Source: Fibrobacter succinogenes subsp. succinogenes S85
GTDB taxonomy: Bacteria > Fibrobacterota > Fibrobacteria > Fibrobacterales > Fibrobacteraceae
NCBI RefSeq assembly: GCF_000146505.1
Contig: NC_017448.1
Span: 1,890,001-1,922,000, forward strand
Reading direction: 5' to 3'
Length of the DNA stretch: 32,000 bases
Made by a program: the position numbers and the translations under genes. Shown here piece after piece: positions 1-9,350 of this stretch. Each line of letters starts with the position of its first letter. Position 1 is the first letter of the stretch. Under the pieces are notes generated by a model. The model was not told the DNA's origin and searched no databases. It saw nothing but the letters and a program-made list of their open reading frames with translations.

Positions 1-1227
1 GCCGTACATTCCACTTTCATTGATATGCCTGATAATGTCGTCGTTCGCTTCGCGCCAGTAGACGGCAATGTCTGCGTTATCGTAGACGGCACGCGGCAAA
101 TGCACAAGCGTCGAAATCGCCCTGGAGGCATCTTCCTTACAGATGCACACGACAAGGCGTTCCTTGGGACTTGCGGCTACGGCAGCAATAAAGTTACGAG
201 CCAGGTCCGCTTCGCAGTAGGCATCGACAAAATTCCATTCCACATCGAGGTAGTCACCACGCATCGTTTCCGGATCGTGCGTAACCTTGTTTCCATTGGC
301 ATCAACGTAGGTGTACTTCGAGAGTCTAAAGAGTCCCATGCGGGAGACCACCAGGCGGTCCACCCATTTTTCGCAGTCCTCATCGACAAACGTAATGCAA
401 GTCTTCAAGCCCGTGCGGCTGTAATTCGGATAGTGGCAGATATTCGCAACGGCAAACGCAACTGCCTGCGCAATCGGTCCCGTGCCAATCAGCACGACAT
501 GCAGGCGCTCATTTTCCGCTTCACGGATAGTCGGCAAAAAGTCCGTCCCCACAAGCAGCTGTTCCGACATGAATTCGTATTCGTTAAAGATATCGACGAG
601 CAAATGCCCTTTGTTCTGTTCAGGCGCCTTCAGGTACCACAAGATTTCAGAAGACGAAGGGTCGCTCAACAGCAAATGGCAGTGGATATCGCGCGGGGCC
701 TTTTCGCACAAGTTACGCAGCACCTCAATGCAGTGCAAGTTACGGGAATCGCGTTCCGGACCATCTTCGCCAATCACGAGAATCTGGTCTGCTAAAAGAG
801 CACCCGCAAAAAGCAAATCAGCATCGCTTTCGTAATCCTTTTTGTAATGGATAAAGTGGCCGTCGATATCATGGAGGCTCACGACAACAATCGGGCGTTT
901 GTCACCCTTGAGCGCGCGCAAAATACTTTTGAGCTGATGGCCTGCACCAAGCACAAGCACATGACCACGGACATCGACGTGCTTTTTGCCCTCTCGCATG
1001 GATTCGGACGTGTTCTTGAAAACGTTGATCATCACGCTGATGAACAGCACGGCAAAGACGACGTAGCCAGACAAGAAACCTTTCCAGCCAAGCGTCTTTT
1101 CGCCAAGCACCCAAGAACCAAGCAGAACGCCGATGACAAAGATAACCAGGGAAAGGCCAAGTAAAATCAAGAGTTTCTTGGCGATGCCATTCGACCAGGC
1201 GCCTTTAATAAGTCCGTTATAATTCAT
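1..1227 (-). CDS. Partial (C-terminus outside window) membrane-anchored protein with two Rossmann-like GxGxxG/A segments; function unknown
   Basis: I translated the minus strand by hand from ATG (complement of 1225-1227) to position 1 and found 409 codons with no stop. The product begins MNYNGLIKGAWSNGIAKKLLILLGLSLVIFVIGVLLGSWVL...GFLSGYVVFAVLFISVMI, which gives two hydrophobic helices. It continues with HVLVLGAGHQLKSILRAL and later HVVLIGTGPIAQAVAFAV, both dinucleotide-fold-like. The ORF track omits it because no stop lies in the window. The listed plus ORFs 25..795 and 847..1164 are its antisense shadows. Confidence 0.6.
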   Translation of the reverse strand, partial: MNYNGLIKGAWSNGIAKKLLILLGLSLVIFVIGVLLGSWVLGEKTLGWKGFLSGYVVFAVLFISVMINVFKNTSESMREGKKHVDVRGHVLVLGAGHQLKSILRALKGDKRPIVVVSLHDIDGHFIHYKKDYESDADLLFAGALLADQILVIGEDGPERDSRNLHCIEVLRNLCEKAPRDIHCHLLLSDPSSSEILWYLKAPEQNKGHLLVDIFNEYEFMSEQLLVGTDFLPTIREAENERLHVVLIGTGPIAQAVAFAVANICHYPNYSRTGLKTCITFVDEDCEKWVDRLVVSRMGLFRLSKYTYVDANGNKVTHDPETMRGDYLDVEWNFVDAYCEADLARNFIAAVAASPKERLVVCICKEDASRAISTLVHLPRAVYDNADIAVYWREANDDIIRHINESGMYG

Positions 1228-1274
1228 GAAACGCTCCCGATAAATCCAGCTATATTATAGCTAATTTTCAGGAT

Positions 1275-4040
1275 TTATGGCGCAAGGAATTTCTTACGGT
1301 AATATGCACCCCGAACTTTGCGGCCATCATTGACAATACGACCCAAGGCGTTATACGTTTTCTTCAAATTGACCATACGGGGGTTGCCGCCAATCGTTTT
1401 GGAGCGTGCAATATCGACCGGACCAACATCAATTATAGTGGTATCCTTATAGCCGCGACCATAGTAAATAAACGGCTTTTCTGTACGGTAAGTCCATTCT
1501 TCACCATCAACAATCAGTTTTCCAAGCGTGCTGTTAGAATTGGCAGTCCCCACGCTATAAGGGCTATCGTCTGCATGTTCAGCATCCACATCAACGTACA
1601 CCATCACAACATCCGGTGTAATAATAATGTTACCACCATGGCTATAGATTCCGGCCCCAAGTCCCGAAGAATACCTACCGCCCGTGGATTTCACCGTTCC
1701 ACCAGTGATGATGATATCGCCAAAAGTTTTGTACTCGCTAGCAACGAAGCCCGCGCCTCCAATACCCGGAGCATCACGGCCACCGACAGCTGTAACAGCA
1801 CCGCCTGATATCACCACAGAATCTTCACTGCAGATTCCCGGGACCTCATAAGTTCCTGTTGCAGTCACGTCACCACCGCTAATCAAGACAGCGCCTCTGC
1901 CACCGCCAATCGCAGCCCCAGCATTCGTTCCTGCCTCAGAGACAACAGACCCGCCGCTAATTTCAACAGTAGCACACATTGTCCCAAATCCATTATAATC
2001 CGAAACCTTGCTACATCCAATCCCGGCACTAGCATAACCGCCCTTTGCCGTAATATTTCCGCCACCAATCTTGATAACGTTGTTCACACTGTACAAGCCG
2101 CCACCAATAGCAGGAGCATTTTCTCCGCCTTCGGCAATAACAGTTCCCCCCGTAATTGTAATGGCACTATTTTCGCCACTACCACTGCTATAGCCACCGC
2201 CAATGCCAGCTGCGCCTCCATTTCCTATTGCAGTAACAAAGCCGCCCTTAATTGTGATGCTGCCATTTTGGCCGTCATTGCTACCACCAATCCCAGCCGA
2301 GCTGTGTTTACCCGTAGCCTTAATGGTTCCGTCAAGGATTACGACATTACCACTTTTAGAAGATTGACCCACACCGCCGATACCCGCACCCCATCCACCT
2401 GCAGACGTTTCCAGAGAACCCTTACCATCAATCGTGAGCGTACTGCCCTGAGGCACATAAATACCGGCACTCGTCCAGCAATGTCCCTTTGCAATATTAT
2501 CACCATCCAAAATAATCGTGCAATTTCCTTTGCATGTAAGGCCAGACCAGCTGGGTTTATCCCAGTCACACTTGTACACACCTTCATCAACACTATCGAT
2601 GACTGCATTCTTGATTTTTATCGTCGCATCAGCTTCAATTGAGACCTTGTAAGAGTCCGCAAGCTTACCCGTAAGGATATCACCTTTTCTCGCAACATAG
2701 TCGCTTGTCAGCAAAGATAATTTGACAACATTTCCTGCGCTCACCGTAAACTTAAAAGACTGCGAGCCCTTATAGTCGCCAACGCCTTTAACCGTAAAGA
2801 CGTAATCGCCAGCAGAAGTTATAGCATTCGCCCCGACTTCATTTTGATCTTTCGTAACAACAACTTTGTAATCCGTTCCTTCCTTCAGCTTTTTTCCGTC
2901 TAACGATGTCACAGAATAAGCCACCGGAACAGGATTTTTTTCATCAAGGAAATAATACGGCCTGACATCGTCAATGGTAGCCCATGCAAGGTCGGCCAGT
3001 TCTTTCCATTGAGCGTAAAGAGTCACCGTATCACCGACATTGCGCGCATGGCAATTGACTTCGGCACGGTCGCCATAAGAAACGCCTTTGCCATCGGCAG
3101 ATGTATTCCACCCGACAAACATCCAGCCATTAAGAACAAACGTATTTTTTGCAAGTATTGCGGTCGCGCGATAAATAGCCTTCTGGTTATCCATCGTTCC
3201 CGTTGCGTCGTCATGATTCTTGTTGAACTTGATCGCCCAAAAATTTCCTGGAACAAAAGTAAAGACACTGTCGGGCGCTTTTTCTATTTCAACGCCATCA
3301 ATAGTCACCTTGCCGTGAATGCCGATGTCGCCCAGACCAATTCCACTCACAGCACCTACGCCTTTTTCAGCAACAACTTTTGTCACTCCAGACGTAATCG
3401 TGACATCGCCACACTTTCCATGGTGAGAGCATCCAATAGCGGCGGCTTCACCACCACCTTTAGCAGTCACCTCGCCACCGCTAATGACAATATTGCCACA
3501 TACACTACCGACGTGACCACCACCGATACCCGCCGACGAAGACCCGCCAACAGCTGTAATCACGCCACCACGAATTTCAATATCGCCACAATCCGAATAA
3601 TAGTAACCGGAACCAATGCCCGCAGCAAAGTCGTCGGAGCGGACGTCAAGGGAACCAGGGCCATCAATAACAAGCGTGTGGCCTTCCGGGATATGAATAC
3701 CGGGAGAACTCTGATTTGACTTAACAAAATTAGAGTCTTCAAGGAAAATCGTACAGGAACCTTCACAAATTATTCCTGCACCACCTTCATACCCTTCCCT
3801 GACAACAACCGCATTTTTGAGCACCACTTCGGCACCATCAGCAATCGACAGCATATAGGCACTACTCAACGTATCCGTAAGGGTGTCACCGGACTGCGCT
3901 ACGTAGTCCTCTTCTAGCTGCGCAAGATTTATCGGTTCAGCCAAAGCTGCCGATGAAGCAAACAACGCCATCCATAAAAGCGCATAACGTTTAAACGGAA
4001 CCTGGGCTTTGAATTTTGGCAACATCGGCATACTTTTCAC
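1275..4040 (-). CDS. Secreted 921-aa parallel beta-helix-type repeat protein (adhesin-like) with a Listeria-Bacteroides (Flg_new) repeat, an Ig-like module and a C-terminal sorting-type tail
   Basis: The N-terminus has a signal peptide (KRYALLWMALFASSAALA|EP). There are two internally duplicated blocks (aa ~45-255 and ~440-815), each followed by many I.I.GG.VTA.GG...AGIGGG turns. The segment NTFVLNGWMFVGWNTSADGKGVSYGDRAEV...LYAQW matches the Flg_new repeat pattern. The C-terminus ends ...KTYNALGRIVNDGRKVRGAYYRKKFLAP. Confidence 0.85.
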   Translation of the reverse strand: MKSMPMLPKFKAQVPFKRYALLWMALFASSAALAEPINLAQLEEDYVAQSGDTLTDTLSSAYMLSIADGAEVVLKNAVVVREGYEGGAGIICEGSCTIFLEDSNFVKSNQSSPGIHIPEGHTLVIDGPGSLDVRSDDFAAGIGSGYYYSDCGDIEIRGGVITAVGGSSSAGIGGGHVGSVCGNIVISGGEVTAKGGGEAAAIGCSHHGKCGDVTITSGVTKVVAEKGVGAVSGIGLGDIGIHGKVTIDGVEIEKAPDSVFTFVPGNFWAIKFNKNHDDATGTMDNQKAIYRATAILAKNTFVLNGWMFVGWNTSADGKGVSYGDRAEVNCHARNVGDTVTLYAQWKELADLAWATIDDVRPYYFLDEKNPVPVAYSVTSLDGKKLKEGTDYKVVVTKDQNEVGANAITSAGDYVFTVKGVGDYKGSQSFKFTVSAGNVVKLSLLTSDYVARKGDILTGKLADSYKVSIEADATIKIKNAVIDSVDEGVYKCDWDKPSWSGLTCKGNCTIILDGDNIAKGHCWTSAGIYVPQGSTLTIDGKGSLETSAGGWGAGIGGVGQSSKSGNVVILDGTIKATGKHSSAGIGGSNDGQNGSITIKGGFVTAIGNGGAAGIGGGYSSGSGENSAITITGGTVIAEGGENAPAIGGGLYSVNNVIKIGGGNITAKGGYASAGIGCSKVSDYNGFGTMCATVEISGGSVVSEAGTNAGAAIGGGRGAVLISGGDVTATGTYEVPGICSEDSVVISGGAVTAVGGRDAPGIGGAGFVASEYKTFGDIIITGGTVKSTGGRYSSGLGAGIYSHGGNIIITPDVVMVYVDVDAEHADDSPYSVGTANSNSTLGKLIVDGEEWTYRTEKPFIYYGRGYKDTTIIDVGPVDIARSKTIGGNPRMVNLKKTYNALGRIVNDGRKVRGAYYRKKFLAP

Positions 4041-4099
4041 TCCTTCTCAACGAGCTATGAATTATAGACTTTGTGCAAATTATAGCAAAGCCCATCATT

Positions 4100-7000
4100 T
4101 CAATGGCCGTTTTTCACACCCGCCCCGCTCAAGAAGCTACGGCCACCATTGTGCGTAACTTCAATATGTGTTCTGAGTTCACTTTTGACCACATCCACGT
4201 GCGTAATGACACCCAGGAGCTTGCCTTTTTCCTGCTGCATTTTCTGAAGCACGACGACCGTTTCCTGGAGCATCTTAGTATCAAGCGTACCAAAACCTTC
4301 ATCGAGGAACATGGAGTCAATGCTCACATTGCGGCTTGCGAGCGTCGAAATTCCAAGCGCCAAGGAGAGGCTCACGAGGAACCCTTCGCCACCAGAAATG
4401 TTGTCAATCGGGCGCACGGCATCGCTATTGTCATGGTCCACAAGCTGGATATTGAGCGTATTTTCCTCAGTCACCATCTCGTAACGCGGGAACATGTCGT
4501 GCAAGTAGCCGTTTGCAATTTTCAGCAAATTGCGAAGCGTAATCGTCTGGATGAACTTGACAAACACATCGCCATTACCAGTTTCAAGCCTGTTGCCGTT
4601 AAACCAGCGCTGCATCTGTTCCCAGTCGCTACGCTTGGACTTGAGTTCCACAAGTTTTTCTTGCATATCGCTGAACTTTTGACGGTTCAACGCATCAGTT
4701 TTCTTCTGCTCTGTCCAAGTCGCAAGATTCACGGTGCATTCGTTCAGTTTGGACTTTGCCGTATCGCGGTTCTGCTTTGCCACATCTTCGGTTTCTTCAA
4801 AGTTGCGCTTTTGCTGGTGTTCCGCAAGCTGATCGTTGAAATTCTTGACCGACGTCTGTGCCGTCGTCAAGTTATCATCCACAAGCTTTTGCTTTTGCAG
4901 GAGCGCTTTGCGATCCGATTCCGGGAGCTTTGATGCCAGGAATTCCTGCTCGTCTGCAAAAGATTTCAATGTAAGATTTTCAAGGAAGAGCTTCTGAAGT
5001 TCAGCAAGTTTCGGTTCCGCATCGGCAATATGGCCATTCAAATCCGCAATAGACTTGTCAAGCGCAATTTTCGCTTCACGCATTTGCTGTTCTAGGCGGC
5101 GGGCGCTATCGGCTTCACGTTCTGCGGTTTCACGACTTGTTCTCGCCTTGTTGCGTTCTTCTTCGACAGACTTTTCGCCAAAGAGTTCCTTGCGGCGGTT
5201 TTCAAGAGTCGCGAGATTTCCGCGAGATTCCTCAATCTTACGTTTTGCCTCATCAAGTCTTGACTGCGTGAGTCCAAGATTTTCGTTCAGCTGCGACACG
5301 TTTGAACGGAACGTTTCCAGTTCGCCCTGGAGCTTGACCTGCTTTTCTTGAGCCTTGTTCCACAAGCCATTCTTCTTTTCCAATTCGGCAAGAAGCGCAT
5401 CCAAATCTTCCATGCGGATATTCGAGAACCACGGTTCAAGCTTGCTTTCCAATTCCTTAGAAAGCTCCTGCATCTTATCCTGCGCCTTTTTAAGCGATTC
5501 CTCTATGCGGCTCAAAGTCCCCACAAGCTCTGCACGTTGGATTGCGGCATTATTTACATTGTTCTGCAAGCCATCGGCACTTTCTTTTTTCTGCAAATAC
5601 GTCGTCTTGAGCGACTGCAAATTTTGCAAAATACCACGGACGCTCTCAAACGTTGCCTTTTCAAAATTCGCCGAGTTTTTCCACGGTTCAAGTTTTGAAT
5701 TCAAAAGTTCAAGCGACGATGTTTCGGCATCCGCTTCTTCTTTCGCCTTCTGGGAACTTTCGCGAATCAGCTCTTCAAAGTTCTGCTGCTGCGTTGCAAA
5801 GCCATCCAAAGCACGCTGGACTTTTTCCATTTCACCATTGATCTTACGCAACTTGGCGGCAAAATCATTGAGGCGATCTGCACCATTTTCAACCTTCGCA
5901 GAATCTTCGCAGGAGAGGTGTTCACGTGAGCCACAGACCGGACAAGGTTCGCCCGGCTTCAAGGTATGGCGCAGCTCCGCGACAACGACAGGAATGTCCT
6001 CCTGGATAATGGACTCCTTCTCGTTCTGCAATGTCGTCAAATTCGCAAGAGCCTTTTCGCGTTCCGAAATAACACCGTCCAACGACTTCTGCCTAGACGA
6101 AATTTCACCCTGCAAGCGTACCGATTCCTTGTGATGGCGATCTACATCGTTGGCATAGCCATTCATTTCGGGCAACAAATTCACGAGTTCTGCATCAATC
6201 TGATGCTCATTCAAATAATCCCGCAATGCACCCAATTCCTGCTTTTGCTGTTCGCAAGCTTCATCAAATTTCTGCAGAGCCTTTTTCTGATCATCAAGCT
6301 GCTGAGATTCTTTTGAAACAGAAGTCCATTCCTGCGTTCTTTCCGAAGCAAGAGCTTTCAAAAGCGGCAACAAACCATCTATCTTTTCATCATTGCCGTT
6401 TTCTGCAATGTACGTTTCAACCTTTTTCAAAGCGGTTTCATTTTCAGAAATCCGATTGTCGAACTCCTTGATTTTCGTCTGGGTTGAGCTAATCTCCGTT
6501 GCAATTTTTGCGGCATCATCATCCAAGCCCTTCAACTGCGTATGCGAATTTCGAATATCGCCATCAAGCGCCGAAACCTGTTCCCACAGTGTTTCACCGG
6601 CCGAGTATTCGGCCTTGCGCTTTTCCAAGGCTTCCTGCTTTACGCTATTGTCATTTGTAGCGCGTTCAAGATTTGATTCCGCTTCCGGCAATTTGCCCTT
6701 GCTCTTTTCAAGCTGATCCTTCATGCGTCCAAGATTATCACGAACGGAATTGTATTCCGCATACGACGATTCTACTTCCTGCGCACGGACAGCGCGTTCC
6801 AGCTTTTCGCGATCCGGCTCAAAATCGGCCTTTGCGCGCTCAGCTTTTTCAAGCCCTTCTTTCGCCGTATTCAAATGCGACTCAATGTTATGCAGGGTCT
6901 CAAACCACGTGCAAATATAGAGCAAACGTTCCACATTTTCGTTCAGCGCCTTTTTCTGCGCAGTAGCTTCTTCAATTTTCGCATTCAGCTCAGCAAGCTC

Positions 7001-7648
7001 TTCTTCGCTCAGCATTGTGACATCGCCAAGCCTATTTTCAATATCTTGGACAGCCCTGTTTGCGCAGGCATACAAGTCATGGACCGCGACTGCAATTTTT
7101 CGGTAGATGCCGTCGCCTGTCAGCTTTTCAAGAATCGCAGCACGTTCATTTTCACTACACTTCAAGAACCTGTTGAACTCGCCCTGCGCAAGCATCATGG
7201 ACTTGGTGAACTGTCCAAAGTCAAGCCCAATCACGCGGGTCATCGTCGCTTCAATTTCCGTCTGGTTTGACGACGAAACATCCACGTTCTGCGTTGTTTC
7301 GTTCTTAAGCACCCAAGCATACTTCTGAAGCTTTTTCGTTTTTGCAGAGCGACGTTGACTCCAGCAAGATGAATACACTACGCCCTTGCATTCAAAAGTC
7401 ACCTTTGCGTAGCAGCTCAAGGTATCATAAGTCATCACCTCATTGGAATCACCCTTAATGGCACCCAAACGAGGAGTCTTGCCGTAAAGGCCAAGACAAA
7501 TCGCATCAAGGATCGACGTTTTTCCGGAACCCGTAGGGCCAGCAATGCAGAACATGCCGTTATTCGCAAAATCCGGTGATTCAAAGTCAATCGTCCATTC
7601 ACCGGCGAGAGAGTTGATATTGCAAAATTCAATCTTCTTAATCTTCAT
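4100..7648 (-). CDS. sbcC: SbcC/Rad50-family exonuclease ATPase subunit (1182 aa)
   Basis: Walker A is present in MFCIAGPTGSGKTSILDAICLGLYG. About 800 aa of E/K/L/Q-rich coiled coil follow, with a central zinc hook (PGEPCPVCGSREH). The C-terminus carries the ABC signature SGGEGFLVSLSLAL and Walker B MFLDEGFGTLD. The gene starts 12 nt downstream of sbcD. Confidence 0.95.
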   Translation of the reverse strand: MKIKKIEFCNINSLAGEWTIDFESPDFANNGMFCIAGPTGSGKTSILDAICLGLYGKTPRLGAIKGDSNEVMTYDTLSCYAKVTFECKGVVYSSCWSQRRSAKTKKLQKYAWVLKNETTQNVDVSSSNQTEIEATMTRVIGLDFGQFTKSMMLAQGEFNRFLKCSENERAAILEKLTGDGIYRKIAVAVHDLYACANRAVQDIENRLGDVTMLSEEELAELNAKIEEATAQKKALNENVERLLYICTWFETLHNIESHLNTAKEGLEKAERAKADFEPDREKLERAVRAQEVESSYAEYNSVRDNLGRMKDQLEKSKGKLPEAESNLERATNDNSVKQEALEKRKAEYSAGETLWEQVSALDGDIRNSHTQLKGLDDDAAKIATEISSTQTKIKEFDNRISENETALKKVETYIAENGNDEKIDGLLPLLKALASERTQEWTSVSKESQQLDDQKKALQKFDEACEQQKQELGALRDYLNEHQIDAELVNLLPEMNGYANDVDRHHKESVRLQGEISSRQKSLDGVISEREKALANLTTLQNEKESIIQEDIPVVVAELRHTLKPGEPCPVCGSREHLSCEDSAKVENGADRLNDFAAKLRKINGEMEKVQRALDGFATQQQNFEELIRESSQKAKEEADAETSSLELLNSKLEPWKNSANFEKATFESVRGILQNLQSLKTTYLQKKESADGLQNNVNNAAIQRAELVGTLSRIEESLKKAQDKMQELSKELESKLEPWFSNIRMEDLDALLAELEKKNGLWNKAQEKQVKLQGELETFRSNVSQLNENLGLTQSRLDEAKRKIEESRGNLATLENRRKELFGEKSVEEERNKARTSRETAEREADSARRLEQQMREAKIALDKSIADLNGHIADAEPKLAELQKLFLENLTLKSFADEQEFLASKLPESDRKALLQKQKLVDDNLTTAQTSVKNFNDQLAEHQQKRNFEETEDVAKQNRDTAKSKLNECTVNLATWTEQKKTDALNRQKFSDMQEKLVELKSKRSDWEQMQRWFNGNRLETGNGDVFVKFIQTITLRNLLKIANGYLHDMFPRYEMVTEENTLNIQLVDHDNSDAVRPIDNISGGEGFLVSLSLALGISTLASRNVSIDSMFLDEGFGTLDTKMLQETVVVLQKMQQEKGKLLGVITHVDVVKSELRTHIEVTHNGGRSFLSGAGVKNGH

Positions 7649-7660
7649 TATTCCACCCCC

Positions 7661-8977
7661 TTAATCGTTTTCATGCGCCTTGCAAACGGCTTCGTTAAAC
7701 ATGCCGATAAACTTGTCGTACAGGTTCTTTACGACTTCGGAATCTTCTTTTTCTTCCGCATTCGTAGCAATAAGCATTCTAAAATAGTCTTCCTGGGTAT
7801 ATTGCTTTGTGGATTCAACATTGTCATCAAAACGATTAGCCCCGCGCAAGACACCGCGCGAAATACGGTGACGCTTGACCACAAAATGCTTGCCAGCTTC
7901 TTCGGCTTCAAGAGCTTGATTCAGGCTTACAAAATCGCCCGTCGTCAACAGCAAATCAACATACGTTTCCATCGGATTTGCAACGAGTTCTTTTTCAAGA
8001 TTTCGCAGACAACGCTTGAGCGTTTCAAGGTCGCCCTTGAACTGTTCAAAGCGCATCGCCTTCGGGACTTCCTCCTTTTCAACAACAGGCACCTCATTCG
8101 GTTTCACATCGACCGTAAGCACAACACGCTTGCAGTTAGATTCATCAAAGCCCATCGCGAACGGCGAGCCTGAATAGCGCACCTTCGGATTCTTGGCAAC
8201 CATCGATGCGTAGTGAATATGTCCAAGCGCTACGTAATCAAGTTCACTCGGGAACGTAGAAACATCCACATTGCCAAGCGTTCCGATAACTTCGCGAACA
8301 CCATCTTCCACAGAGTTTTCAGAAATTGTCGCATTTTCGTTCGCACCAGATCCAAGCTCATCGCTGTTACGGCCCGAGAGGTTCGAAGCGTACAGATGCC
8401 CAGTCGCGATAATCGGAATATTCCTTTCACCGCGCAATTCTACGGCATAGCGGTACACATCACCATAAAGGCGCTTCAGCAAGTCCTCATCAGACACATC
8501 ATCCGCACCTTCGCCAGATTCACGCTCATCTGTCTTATAGAATTGCTCCAGCTCCAGATTGCGCATGAACGGCACAGCGCAGCAAATGCCGATTACATTT
8601 TCATCGCCATCCTTGAGTTCCACCACCAAATCTTCTACTTTACGCCCGTTTATCGAGCCCACCACCTTGATATTCAAAGCCTCAAGGACACCCGCAGGCG
8701 CATCAAGAAGCGCTCCCGAATCATGGTTACCGCCAACGACAACCACATTGGTGCAATTCGTTTTCAAGAGCGAAGCCAAGAACTTGTAATACTGCGTTTT
8801 CGCCACGTTAGAAGGGTTCACGATATCAAAGATATCGCCTGCAATGATCAGAGCCTGGGCTCCGACGCGTTCAATTTCACCTTTTAGCCATTTGAGGAAT
8901 GCGGCCGCTTCTTCAGTGCGGTCAATGTCGTGCATCATATTGCCAAGATGCCAGTCTGCGGTATGGATAAATTTCAT
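7661..8977 (-). CDS. sbcD: SbcD/Mre11-family nuclease subunit (438 aa)
   Basis: The calcineurin-like phosphoesterase motifs appear in order: MKFIHTADWHLG, IIAGDIFD, VVVGGNHD, ATGHLY, LGHIH. An AGAGG RBS lies upstream. The gene is followed directly by sbcC. Confidence 0.95.
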   Translation of the reverse strand: MKFIHTADWHLGNMMHDIDRTEEAAAFLKWLKGEIERVGAQALIIAGDIFDIVNPSNVAKTQYYKFLASLLKTNCTNVVVVGGNHDSGALLDAPAGVLEALNIKVVGSINGRKVEDLVVELKDGDENVIGICCAVPFMRNLELEQFYKTDERESGEGADDVSDEDLLKRLYGDVYRYAVELRGERNIPIIATGHLYASNLSGRNSDELGSGANENATISENSVEDGVREVIGTLGNVDVSTFPSELDYVALGHIHYASMVAKNPKVRYSGSPFAMGFDESNCKRVVLTVDVKPNEVPVVEKEEVPKAMRFEQFKGDLETLKRCLRNLEKELVANPMETYVDLLLTTGDFVSLNQALEAEEAGKHFVVKRHRISRGVLRGANRFDDNVESTKQYTQEDYFRMLIATNAEEKEDSEVVKNLYDKFIGMFNEAVCKAHEND

Positions 8978-9093
8978 TGTTTAAAAACCTCTAATTCTAT
9001 ATCGTTTCAAATATAAAAAATGTAAATGTCTATTTATGACAAATCTAGAGCTTTCAGCTTGAAGGCATTTTATAATGCTGAAATGAAAGTTAT

Positions 9094-9223
9094 GCGGGCG
9101 GGGCCCCAGCTCGGAGTTGACGCCTCCGGCGTCAGCGGCTTCACTCGGTTATGCCGGTCTGCTAGCAGCCCGTCGCAACACTCGTTTTGCACGCTACTGC
9201 GAAGATAATACCTTGGCCGACGC
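9094..9223. other. Short GC-rich, hairpin-containing island inside an AT-rich intergenic region (possible small RNA, regulatory element or gene remnant; unassigned)
   Basis: The sequence switches abruptly from AT-rich to GC-rich text (gcgggcggggccccagctcgg...). One hairpin is ttGACGCC-tcc-GGCGTCag at 9117-9135. A second is CGGtCTG-ctag-CAGcCCG at 9155-9172. No convincing ORF covers it, and I recognised no tRNA, SRP, tmRNA or RNase P signature. Confidence 0.25.
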
Positions 9224-9350
9224 TTTATTCTCACAACACTATATTATAATCCTTAATAAGAAACACTTTACTCGCTATATTTATGACTACGTTTATAAAT
9301 TATTCTATAAACAAGCCATATTCAGATACAATTCTTACTATAATTCGGTT

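Noticed and set aside
25-1164. Plus-strand track ORFs 25..795 (256 aa), 482..835 and 847..1164
   Set aside because: Their products are R/H/F-rich and low in complexity. They lie antisense to an uninterrupted 409-codon minus-strand ORF with TM helices and Rossmann motifs.
3009-3719. Plus ORF of 236 aa inside the 921-aa repeat-protein gene
   Set aside because: It lies antisense to a Gly-rich repeat gene. I found no RBS and the composition is implausible.
4073-7328. Long plus-strand ORFs inside sbcC (for example 4073..4933 at 286 aa and 5355..6134 at 259 aa)
   Set aside because: These are antisense shadows of the E/K/L/Q-rich coiled-coil coding sequence. Their products are S/F/L/R-rich and carry no motifs. 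sbcC on the minus strand is unambiguous.
9062-9254. MITE-like terminal inverted repeats around the GC-rich island (AAGGCATTTTATAAT at 9062-9076 versus ATTATAATCCTT at 9243-9254)
   Set aside because: The match needs two indels and consists of AT-rich, -10-box-like sequence. This is probably chance in an AT-rich spacer.
9117-9350. N-terminal extension of ORF 9117..9746, and ORF 9026..9208
   Set aside because: They read through the GC-rich hairpin island and then through AT-rich promoter-like sequence. The peptides are low in complexity.
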